A stretch of 64,000 nucleotides of DNA from Mustelus asterias (taxonomy: Eukaryota). Below are positions 13,558 to 24,594 of this stretch, piece by piece. The stretch is taken from the NCBI RefSeq assembly GCF_964213995.1, contig NC_135805.1:146072001-146136000 (forward strand), written 5' to 3'. The notes beneath the pieces were generated by a model. That model did not search any database and was not told where the DNA came from. It saw only the letters and a program-made list of their open reading frames with translations. Every line of letters begins with the position of its first letter. The stretch's first letter is position 1. A program made the position numbers and the translations under genes.

Positions 13558-16500
13558 CTGGGGAAGGTGGGACCTGTACAAACAGGACGGGGTGCTCCTG
13601 AACCAGAGGGGCACCAATATCCTAGGAGGGAAATTTGATACGGCTCTTCAGGGGGGTTTAAACTAATTTGTCAGGGGAGTGGGAAAAGGAGTTGTAGTCC
13701 AGAAGTCAGTGAGGGTGGTGAGGTACTGGGGAAGGTATCAGGGTCAAGGGTGGGTACCGGTAGACAGGAAGGTGGGTTGAAGTGTGTCTACTTCAATGCA
13801 AGGAGCATCCGGAACAAGGTAGATGAACTTGGGGCGTGGATTGGTACTTGGGACTACGATGTTGTGGCCATTACGGAGACGTGGGTAGAACAAGGACAGG
13901 AATGGTTGTTGGATGTTCCGGGGTATAGATGTTTCAGTAAGTGTAGCGAAGCTGGTAAAAGAGGTGGAGGAGTGGCATTGTAAATCAAGGATAGTTTAAC
14001 GGCAGTGGAAAGGCACTTCAAGGGGGATCTGCACACTGAGGTAATATGGACTGAGGTTAGAAATAGGAAAGGAACGGTCACGTTGTTAGGAGTTTACTAT
14101 AGGCCTCCAAATAGTAATAGAGATGTGGAGGAAGAAATTGCTAAGCAGATTATGGATATGTGTGGGGGTCACAGGGTAGTTGTCATGGGGGACTTTAACT
14201 TTCCAAATATTGATTGGAACCTTTGTAGGTCAAATAGTTCAGATGGGGCAGATTTTGTGCAGTGTGTGCAGGAGGGTTTCCTGACACAATATGTGGATAG
14301 GCCGACAAGAGGTGAGGCCACATTGGATTTGGTACTGGGAAATGAACCGGGCCAAGTGTTAGATTTGGTTGTGGGAGAGCACTTTGGAGATAGTGACCAC
14401 GATTCGGTGTCTTTTGTTATTGCAATGGAGAGGGATAGGGCCGTGCGGCAGGGCAAGGTTTACAATTGGGGGAGAGGTAATTATGATGCGATTAGGCAAG
14501 AATTAGGGGGCATAGGTTGGGAACAGAAACTGTCAGGGAAAGGCACTAATGAAAAGTGGAACTTTTTCAAGGAACAAATACTGGGTGTCCTTGATAGGTA
14601 TGTCCCTGTCAGGCAGGGAGGAAATGGCCGAGTGAGGGAATCATGGTTCACGAAAGAGGTGGAATGTCTTGTGAAAAGGAAGAGGGAAGCTTATGTAGGG
14701 ATGAGGAAACAGGGTTCAGATGGCTTGATTGAGGGTTACAAGTTAGCAAGGATTGAGCTGAAAAAGGGGCTTAGGAGAGCTAGGAGGGGACATGAGAAGT
14801 CCTTGGCGGGTCGGATCAAGGGAAACCCCAAGGCTTTTTATTCTTATGTGAGGAATAAAAGAATGACCAGGGTGAGGTTAGGGCCGGTCAAGGAGAGTAG
14901 TGGGTACTTGTGTATGGAGTCAGTAGAGATAGGCGAGGTGATGAATGAATACTTTGCTTCAGTGTTCACCAAGGAGAGGGGCCATGTTTATGAGGAAGAG
15001 AAGGTGTTACAGGTTAATAGGCTGGAGGAAATAGATGTTCGGAGGGAGGATGTCCTGGCAGTTTTGAATAAACTGAAGGTCGATAAGTCCCCTGGGCCTG
15101 ATGAAATGTATCCGAGGATTCTTTGGGAGGCAAGGGATGAGACTGCAGAGCCTTTGGCTTTGATCTTTGGGTCCGCGCTGTCCACGGGGATAGTGCCAGA
15201 GGACTGGAGAATGGCGAATGTTGTCCCTCTGTTTAAGAAAGGGAATAGAAATGACCCTGGTAATTATAGACCGGTTAGTCTGACTTCGGTGGTTGGTAAA
15301 TTGATGGAAAAGGTCCTTAGGGATGGGATTTACGACCATTTAGAAAGATGCGGATTAATCCGGGATAGTCAGCATGGATTCGTGAAGGGCAAGTCATGCC
15401 TCACAAATTTGATAGACTTTTTTGAGGAGGTAACTAAGTGTGTTGATGAAGGTAGGGCAGTTGATGTCATATACATGGATTTTAGTAAGGCATTTGATAA
15501 GGTCCCCGATGATGAAACAAGGTGTTGGATAGAGGGAAAGTTGGCCGATTGGATAGGAAACTGGCTGTCTGATCGAAGACAGAGGGTGGTGGTGGATGGA
15601 AAATTTTTGGATTGGAGGCAGGTTGCTAGCGGAGTGCCACAGGGATCAGTGCTTGATCCTCGGCTCTTTGTGATTTTTATTAATGACTTAGAGGAAGGGG
15701 CCGAATGCTGGATCAGTAAATTTGCTGATGACACCAAGATTGGTGGAGTAGTGGATGAGGTGGAGGGCTGTTGTAGGCTGCAAAGACATAGTTAGGATGC
15801 AAAGCTGGGCTGAAAAATGGCAAATGGAGTTTAACCCTGATAAATGTGAGGTGATTCATTTTGGTAGGACTAATTTAAATGTGGATTACAGTGTCAAAGG
15901 TAGGGTTCTGAAGACTGTGGAGGAACAGAGAGACCTTGGGGTCCATATCCACAGATCTCTAAAGGTTGCCACTCCAAGTGGATAGAGCTGTGAAGAAGGC
16001 CTATCGTGTGTTAGCTTTTATTAACAGGGGGTTGGAGTCTAAGAGCCGTGGGGTTATGCTGCAACTGTACAGGACCTTGGTGAGACCACATTTGGAATAT
16101 TGTGTGCAGTTCTGGTCACCTCACTATAAGAAGGATGTGGAAGTGCTGGAAAGAGTGCAGAGGAGATTTACCAGGATGCTGCCTGGTTTGGAGGGTAGGT
16201 CTTATGAGGAAAGGTTGAGGGAGCGAGGGCTGTTCTCTCTGGAGCGGAGGAGGCTGAGGGGAGACTTAATAGAGGTTTATAAAATGATGAAGGGGATAGA
16301 TAGAGTGAACGTTCAAGGACTATTTCCTCGGGTGGATGGAGCTATTACAAGGGAGCATAACTATAGGGTTCGTGGTGGGAGATATAGGAAGGATATCAGA
16401 GGTAGGTTCTTTACGCAGAGAGTGGTTGGGGTGTGGAATGGACTGCCTGCAGTGATAGTGGAGTCAGACACTTTAGGAACATTTAAGTGGTTATTGGATC

Positions 16501-16619
16501 GGCACATGGAGCACACCAGGATGATAGGGAGTGGGATAGCTTGATCTTGGTTTCAGATAAAGCTCGGCACAACATCGTGGGCCGAAGGGCCTGTTCTGTG
16601 CTGTACTGTTCTATGTTCT
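13558..16619 (+). mobile_element. Near full-length CR1 ORF2 (APE endonuclease and RT) with the 3' end of ORF1, disabled. TSD AACATT
   Basis: YFNARSIRNK, ITETW, GDFN, SDHD, KFADD motifs. Stop at 13981 and frameshifts near 15790 and 15975. AACATT at 13552-13557 and 16620-16625. Empty site at about 39342. Confidence 0.96.
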
Positions 16620-17859
16620 AACATTGTATTTGATTCCATGGGCTGACAGGTACTTAATTCATCTCAATCTCAGACACTGTATCATAGAGAAAACTGTACA
16701 TAATGTACAGACCTTTCACATACAGCACACGGACTGACAGGTACAGAAGTAAACTAGCTTTCAGATTTATTAACAGAGAATGGCAGGAAGAGAAAATAGG
16801 CCATACTGGTGTACAGGACAAGATAGTGAATATAAACCACACTCCCATTCCAATGGAGGGCCTAGCATTTGCAGAATTAGGACATAACAACACAGCTGCA
16901 ATAGATGACACTCACACCCTTAAGTTGAAGTGATAAAAATAGAGAGCCACACTGACAGTGTCCCAAGGACTGAAGATCACAATTACAGAAACGTACAGAT
17001 TGATAACAACATTCACATAGGATAAGAGACTGAAAAAAACTTGATCTCTCGTACATTGTGATTGGAGACTGAGTGCTGCAGAGTGAATCCTATATGTGCA
17101 CAAAGTACCAAACTGACAGATAGAGAATAAATCATACAATCACAAAAACATAAATGAGTGTGACAGATACAGAACACATTCATTCATGTGCATCTCAAGG
17201 AGCTAGAACATACAGCGTGAATCCTTTAGTTGCAGTCATCCCAGCGACAATCTAATATTGAATTGTATTCATGCTCACATACCAGAAAATGACAGAAAAG
17301 AAAGTAGCCGATATTGAAGGAGATAGAACCTCACAAACGAACTCAAAGAATGATGAAAATTCATCCCACAACCACATATATAGAATGACTTATGAACCAG
17401 TGATGAACAGATGCAGATCAAATGTATTTCACATACAGATCACTTACCAGACTGATTATATTTGTTCTTTGAACAGAGAAAGGTGAGCAATTTGTTCTGC
17501 ACTAGTCATCTTAGAACCACCTCCTTGCACCATGCTGTCTGCGAAAGGTACAGCCATGTTCGAGATAGGTAGGAAGAGTGAATATTTTACTCCAATGACA
17601 ATGAAGGAATGGTGATAGAATTTCAAGTCATAGTGGTCTTTGAATTGGAGGTGAACTTGCATGTGGTGTGATTTCCATGTACCAACTGTCCATGATCTTC
17701 TATGTTGTGGAGATGCCGGTGTTGGACTGGGGTGGTCACAGTTAGCATTCTCACAACACCAGGTTAAAGTCCAACAGGTTTATTTTAAGCTTAGTTTGGG
17801 CAGCATGATTGGCACAGACTTGGAGCTGTTCCTGTTCTGTACTTTTTTTTGATAGAAAG

Positions 17860-18465
17860 AGGATTTGAGTGTAGGAATCGGGATGTTTTACTGCAATTGT
17901 ATAGGTTGGTGAGGCCACACCTGAAATGTTGTGTGCAGTTTTGATGTCCTTATCTGATGGAGGAAGTTCTTTGCTGTAGTGGGACTGCAGCGAAGGTTTA
18001 CCAGGCTGATTCCTGTGAAAGCAGGTCTGTCATATGAGGAGTGATTAAGTTTGTTAGGATTCTATCACCAGAGTTCAGAAGGGTGAGAGGGGATCTCATA
18101 GAAGCTTATAACATTTTCACAGAATTAGACAGGGTAGATTCAGAGAGAATGTACCCAATGGTGTGGGTGTCCAGAATTAGTGATCACGGTGTACGATTAA
18201 GGGGGAAGCCTTTTAGAACTGAGTTGAGGAGAAATTTCTTCACCCAGAGAGTGCAAAGGTGTGGAATGCACTCCCACAGGCAGTAGTTGAGGCCAAGACA
18301 TTGTATGGTTTCAAGAAGATGTAGAGATAGCTCTACAGGCTAAATAGATCAAGGGATATGGGGGCAAAGGTGGGTTCATGATATTGAATTTGATGATCAT
18401 AATGAATGGCAGAGTAGGCTCGAAGAGCCAACAGGCCTGCTCCTGCTTCTATTTTCTATGTTTCT
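17860..18465 (+). mobile_element. Degenerate CR1 3' fragment (paralog at about 40590-41200)
   Basis: RRVRGDLIEAY...RRNFFTQRV and TTCTATGTTTCT tail. Confidence 0.75.
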
Positions 18466-18556
18466 AAGGGACCCTTGTTATTGTTTGTTTGAAATATATA
18501 TAATGTGTATATAATAATGACCAACACTGGGTGTACGGGGCACAACTTCAAGATGT

Positions 18557-18728
18557 AGCGACACGGTGGCATAGTGATTCGCACTGCTGCCTCACAGTGC
18601 CAGGGACCTGTGTTCAATTCCCGGCTTGGGTGACTGTCTGTGCGGAGTCTGCACGTTCTCCCTGTGTCTGCGTGGTTTTCCTCCGGGTGCTCCAGATTCC
18701 TCCCACAGTCTGAAAGACGTGCTGGTTA
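18557..18728 (+). mobile_element. V-SINE truncated by a deletion (complete paralog at about 41292-41585)
   Basis: tRNA-like head and V core stop abruptly at GCTGGTTA. Confidence 0.75.
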
Positions 18729-19857
18729 TTTTTGCTGTAGACTTAAAACCTGCTTAAAATAGTTTGGACGTCCATGCAAACTTGCTTAACCTTTGCTCAC
18801 AGCTTTGAAGGTTCCAGAGAGATTATGTAAAGAGAGAGTTGCTTGGAGGCTGTTAACTTTATCAGGCCTTTCCAGCAACTGAACTCAGACAGCTATTTTT
18901 CTCAGGCACAAACCTAACTCCTTCCTTTTCTCGTATCACATGACTATATGACCCTGTAACACAATCCCTCCAAGGTCTTCACATCCTTTCTAATGTCGGG
19001 TGCACCGAACAGGACCCTACATTCCTGCTGAGGCATACAGGTGACTTGTGCAAATTGAACAAAGCTCCATTGTTCTTGTACTCTCTGCCCCTATTAACAA
19101 AGCCCAAAAAAGGTCATCTCTTTTGGTAAACAAACTCATTCAGTCTCCTGCTAAATAAAGCCTTACATGATGAAAAGGAATACTTATCCTGCTTTCCAGC
19201 ATCTGTTGTATTCCTTTCACACAAGCCAAATATTCGTAGCAAAACACTGAATGTTAAAGCACTCCCTCTTAAACATAAAACATACTGGTAGTGCAGTGTC
19301 ATCACACAAGGAATGGATATGATTCCGTCCTGTCCACTCTCAGTATTGGCTTTGTAACTTTAAGAATGGGGTTTAAAAAAAGGGATTCTGTGATGCATAA
19401 AATGGACAAGTCCAAACTTCCTTGGAGAAGTGACAGCGGAGAGGAGATTAGATAGAGGCTCTCAAACCCCTGAGGGGCATGGGCTGAGTTCATTTGGAGA
19501 AATTACACCCCGCATGACATAATCAGGCAGGTGGGAACACGGAACTGAAATGACTGCTTGTCAATGTGAAAGAAAAAATCTTTTGATGCATGGGGTTGGT
19601 TAGACTGCAATGCCCCGCTCGAGAGTATTATGGAGGCTGGTTCAAAGAAAGAGTTCACATTTGGAATAAGCTGTTCTGTGAAGAGAAAGATTGTGCAATG
19701 TTCCTAAGGGAAGGCAGGAGAACGGGGACTGAGTGAGTTGCAAATCCGGAGACAGCATAGACAGGATGAGTCGAATGGCCCACTGCACTGCCAAACCTCT
19801 GTCATTCTGACATTGTGGCTGTGACGAGCAGTGAATCTGATTCGCTATCGAAAGTAA

Positions 19858-19971
19858 CCAATCAGTGACAGATAGAACATTGCGATTTGACATCATTGTG
19901 AATCAGCCAATGGGGAAAATTGTCGTCCCCAATCCTTCATTTGCATTGGGCCGCGTCTGAGTCGATAAATA
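19858..19971 (+). promoter_or_regulatory. H2B promoter: CCAAT boxes, octamer ATTTGCAT and TATA-like GATAAATA
   Basis: CCAAT at 19858 and 19907, ATTTGCAT at 19939-19946, GATAAATA at 19964-19971. The octamer is the established H2B-specific element. Confidence 0.85.
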
Positions 19972-20023
19972 CTGAGTTCTGGGGCCCGCTCCAGTTATTG
20001 CTTTTCTGAAATTGAAGGCGAGA

Positions 20024-20404
20024 ATGGGTGAGGACAAGAAGCAGCAGCAAATTTCCAAGAAGGGCGGCAAGAAAGCCCTGAAGAAACCGACAACCAAGAG
20101 TGGCAAGAAGAAGAGGAGGTCCAGGAGGGAGAGTTACGGCATCTACATCTACAAAGTGATGAAGCAGGTTCACCCCGACACCGGCATCTCCTCCAAGGCC
20201 ATGAGCATCATGAACTCGTTCGTTAACGACATCTTCGAGCGCATCGCGGGTGAAGCTTCCCGCCTGGCCCATTACAACAAGCGCAGCACCATCAGCTCCC
20301 GGGAGATCCAGACCGCCGTGCGCCTGCTGCTGCCCGGGGAACTGGCCAAACACGCCGTGTCGGAGGGGACAAAGGCGGTGACCAAGTACACCAGCTCCAA
20401 GTAA
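20024..20404 (+). CDS. H2B: Histone H2B, 126 aa, replication-dependent, divergent N-terminal tail
   Basis: ATG at 20024 (MGEDKK...). Fold [20 protein letters not shown]...AVTKYTSSK. Intronless with a downstream stem-loop. Confidence 0.97.
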   Translation: MGEDKKQQQISKKGGKKALKKPTTKSGKKKRRSRRESYGIYIYKVMKQVHPDTGISSKAMSIMNSFVNDIFERIAGEASRLAHYNKRSTISSREIQTAVRLLLPGELAKHAVSEGTKAVTKYTSSK

Positions 20405-20436
20405 AACTACACAATGCACTGAAAAATATACACAAC

Positions 20437-20452
20437 GGCTCTTTTAAGAGCC
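20437..20452 (+). terminator. Histone 3' stem-loop (H2B copy A)
   Basis: GGCTCTTTTAAGAGCC-ACCCA followed by a purine-rich GAAGTAGCT HDE-like element. Confidence 0.95.
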
Positions 20453-21165
20453 ACCCACAACTTCTATGAAGTAGCTAAGCCCACTTTTAGTAATTGATGT
20501 TTTATCGTCAATAATAATGTACTTTGAACTTTATTTTCTGATGTGTTTCAGAGTATTGAGTGATGCAGAATGAGTCCCGTGGATCTTCGTGTTTTGTTCG
20601 TAAAGTCGCTACATTTAGTGGCTGCTCGGTGACCCTGGCTGCGCTCTGATATCCGCCCTTGTCGCTGGGTTTGCACAGAGAGCGAATAAATCGGAAATGC
20701 GTCCGTTTCTTTGAGTTAAAGAATGCTCTCATTCAGTTTGCTAAACATCAACCTTACTGGTGTCGAAACGTCAGTCTCCATATTGGCAAGCTGGCACCAA
20801 AAGTGAAAACTCCGCTTTTGACACTGAATTTGTAGCCTATTACAAAATGGATACATTAGACTATTTGCAGGGGGCGGTGAATGAGACATTCTGGCTCCTG
20901 GTCAGACAGGTTTAAACAATTGCCAGATTCATCTTGATCATACTCCGGATTGTAAAAATGAACTTGGAATTTGTGACTAAATTTAGACCATTAGAAAGAG
21001 GTAGGACGACCGTGTAAATCTTGTTCATTCAATATTTTAACTACGGACTAATTTCCATTTGTAACTTGTTCCTTAACTTACAAATACATCGACGGTTTAC
21101 TTTAAAAGTTTAGATTCCGCAAGGTTGCCGCCTTTATTTTGGATGTGAATTTTCTTTTAGAAATA

Positions 21166-21427
21166 CTGCAGTTCCCGGTGGGCCGTGTTCACAGGCTCCT
21201 GAAAAAGGACAACTGTGCGGAGCGTGTGGGTGCCGGAGCCCCGGTCTACCTGGCTGCAGTGCTCGAGTATCTGACGGCTGAAATCCTGGAGCTGGCCAGC
21301 AACGCGGCCCGGGAGAAGAGCCGCATCATCCCCAGACACCTCCAGCTGGCCGTGCGCAACGACGAGGATACAACATGCTGCTGGGAGAGGTGACCATCGC
21401 TCAGGGCGGGGTGCTGCCTAATATCCA
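21166..21427 (+). pseudogene. H2A: Truncated histone H2A pseudogene
   Basis: [12 protein letters not shown]...[11 protein letters not shown]. No promoter, start codon or stem-loop. A 6-nt deletion (ARDNKK to AREK) and a frameshift after NDE. Confidence 0.93.
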
Positions 21428-22275
21428 AGATGTGTAGAGGAATAGCGGGGTAAATACGTGGAATTATGGAGCAGATGTTCGATCAGGGATTCCTCCCTGC
21501 AGTGCAGGAGGCCATTCTGCTCATCGATCCCCGATCCCCATTACCCCATGTATGAACCCTGCCAATTCCTCGGACAAGGGGCAATTTCGAATGGGCAATC
21601 TTCCTAATTCGCACAACTTTTGTCGTTGCGGACTCGAATAGCCGAATGGCTTGAACCTGCACGGCAAGATTTTATACGCAACCTCCAAACGAATGACAGT
21701 CAAACAAGCCAGCAAGTCTAATTGTTGGAAAATCGGTTTAGAAAGTATAGGTGCTGGGTGGCCGCGCACAGACAATATTCGAAGGGTATCTTTTATTACG
21801 TGAACTCCGTAACTGGAGTGGAAGAGGGAGGCAGTAGCGGAGCGCAATACAGAGACCTATGATAATTCTCCGGAGAACACAAAGGTTCGAATCCCACCAC
21901 GCAGACGATGGAATGGGTTAAGAAAACGAAATACCTTTTGGGAAGCTACTATCTTTACCCAAATGAATTTCAAACCGACATGCAATCTGGGACAACGGAA
22001 ACGCAGAGAAACCCACAGCCCATGAATGAAACCATATCACAGCAGAAACAGAGGCCCTTCCCCTGCATGCGGTTTGGGAATCGGGAATCATTTCTAGATC
22101 GCTGGACGGGCAGCAGAACGAGGCCCAAATACCCACATTTGTCGTATTAATCACGTAAAAATGGCTTATTCGGATTCAACAGCTGCAAAATCGGATTGGG
22201 AGTTAGCAAATGCCAGGTACACTGGAACCGAAGACGCACAACATGCCAATTACTGCTCCTTTTGATGGATTTGGT

Positions 22276-22291
22276 GGCTCTGAAAAGAGCC
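22276..22291 (-). terminator. Histone 3' stem-loop (H3)
   Basis: Reverse complement GGCTCTTTTCAGAGCC, then an AAAGGAGCAG HDE-like element. Confidence 0.95.
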
Positions 22292-22338
22292 TTTTGTTTA
22301 TTTTTGGATTTGAAAGGCCAATAGTGGGTCCGGGCAGT

Positions 22339-22860
<522 letters not shown>

Positions 22861-23168
22861 TCACCCTCATAGCAACCACAGGCTGCCAGCTCTGATTGGC
22901 TGAGCTCGGATGGCGCCTGATTTTCAAAATTCACCGCCAAAAAGACCGCCAATTTCACTGCAAACTTTTCCTCACTGCCTTCGCACCAGGAACACATTCA
23001 GATTCATTCCGTGATAGAGCCAGAACAGGCTGGGAGCAAACTCCCAGTGATAGGCGCAAAACACAGTGTCACACACACACTTCACCATGAAGGATGGCTT
23101 CTTTCTGCACAGTAAGAAGTTTAATAACACCAGGTTAAAGTTCAACAGGTTTATTTGGTAGCAAAAGC

Positions 23169-23205
23169 CACAAGCTTTCGGAGCTCCAAGCCCCTTCTTC
23201 AGGTG
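23169..23205 (-). ncRNA. Minimal type I hammerhead ribozyme motif
   Basis: cac CTGAAGA a ggggc ttgga gctcc GAAA gc TT gtg. Confidence 0.75.
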
Positions 23206-24082
23206 AGTGGGAATTCTGTTCACAAACAGGGCATATATAGACACAGACTCAACTTACATGAATAATGTTTGGAATGTGAATACTTACAGCTAATCAAGTC
23301 TTTAAGATACGAACAACGTGAGTGGAGAGAGCATCAAGACAGGCTAAAAAGATGTGTATTGTCTCCAGGCAAGACAGCCAATGAAACTCTGCAGGTCCAG
23401 GCACGCTGTGGGGGTTACAAATAGTGTGACATGAACCCAAGATCCCGGTTGAGGCTGTCCTCGCGTGTGTGGAACTTGGCTGTCAGTTTCTGCTCAGCGA
23501 CTCTGCGCCGTCGTGTGTCGCGAAGGCTGCCTTGGAGAACGCTTACCCGAATCTCAGAGGCCGAATGCCCGTGACCGCTGAAGTGCTCCCCAACAGGAAG
23601 AGAACAGTCTTGCCTGGTGATTGTCAAGCGGTGTTCATTCATCCGTTGTCGCAGCATCTGCATGGTTTCCCCAATGTACCATGCCTCGGGACATCCTTTC
23701 TTGCAGCGTATCAGGTAGACAACGTTGGCCGAGTTGCAAGAGTATGTACCGTGTACCTGGTGGATGGTGTTCTCACGTGAGATGATGGCATCTGTGTCAA
23801 TGATCCGGCACATCTTGCAGAGGTTGCTGTGGCAGGGTTGTGTAGTGTCGTGGTCACTGTTCTCCTGAAGGCTGGGTAGTTTGCTGTGGACAATGGTCTG
23901 TTTGAGGTTGTGCGGTTGTTTGAAGGCAAGAAGTGGGGATGTGGGGATGGCCTTGGCTCACTCCACGTACGTTGTTTGTATCTTAAAGACTTGATTAGCT
24001 GTAAGTATTCGCATTCCAACCATTATTCATGTAAATTGAGTCTGTGTCTTTATATGCCCTGTTTGTGAACAGAATTCCCACT

Positions 24083-24118
24083 CACCTGAAGAAGGGGTTG
24101 GAGCTCCGAAAGCTTGTG
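24083..24118 (+). ncRNA. Minimal type I hammerhead ribozyme motif
   Basis: cac CTGAAGA a ggggt tgga gctcc GAAA gc TT gtg. Confidence 0.7.
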
Positions 24119-24517
24119 TGGCTTTTGCTCCCAAATAAACCTGTTGGACTTTAACCTGGTGTTGTTAAACTTCTTACTGTGTTTACCCCAGTAAAACGCC
24201 GGCATCTCCACATCATCTCTTTCTGCACTGCAGGGATTCAGTAGATTCAAGGAGTGATTAAAAAACAGCTTTCGACGGTCGAAGGGACTGAAATCGCAGC
24301 AGACCGACTGAAGGAATGGAATAAAAAGATACATCAGCTTAAAATATCCACACATGTTAATGGTAATAAATGATTAACAGGAAATTGCAGCAAGTTTTCC
24401 AATCTGACACATTCTGTTCACTATTTTGCTATCTCAAAGCCACTGTGTCTTTCTATCCGAGTAAGAAGTTTAACAACACCAGGTTAAAGTCCAACAAGTT
24501 TATTTGGTAGCAAAAGC

Positions 24518-24554
24518 CACAAGCTTTCGGAGCCTTCAGCTCCTTCTTCAGGTG
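24518..24554 (-). ncRNA. Minimal type I hammerhead ribozyme motif in a Penelope terminus (24460-24570)
   Basis: cac CTGAAGA a ggagc tgaag gctcc GAAA gc TT gtg, with a perfect 5-bp stem II. Confidence 0.78.
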
Positions 24555-24594
24555 AGTGGGAATTCTGTTCTGATCTTCAGGGTTACTGATAATG

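Larger units (their letters stand above)
7308..21150 (+). repeat. Segmental duplication copy A (paralogous to about 33581-46368)
   Basis: Collinear near-identical unique sequence. Paired ORFs 8755/35188, 9471/35884, 16703/39425, 17271/39994, 19642/44137 and H2B 20012/44507. Confidence 0.95.
23107..24213 (-). mobile_element. Penelope-like element 3' fragment (GIY-YIG endonuclease) with inverted pseudo-LTRs
   Basis: ORF 23415-23813 has CNSANVVYLIRC..C...WYIGET...RMNEH. About 23107-23320 is the reverse complement of about 23969-24185. Confidence 0.9.

Noticed and set aside
14005-16544. Active autonomous CR1
   Set aside because: It is 5'-truncated within ORF1 and has a stop at 13981, a small deletion near 15510 and frameshifts.
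21139-21393. 84-aa H2A-like ORF as a short H2A variant, and a possible acceptor TTTCTTTTAG at 21151-21160
   Set aside because: Non-ATG start, frameshift, no promoter and no stem-loop. It is better explained as a deletion remnant.
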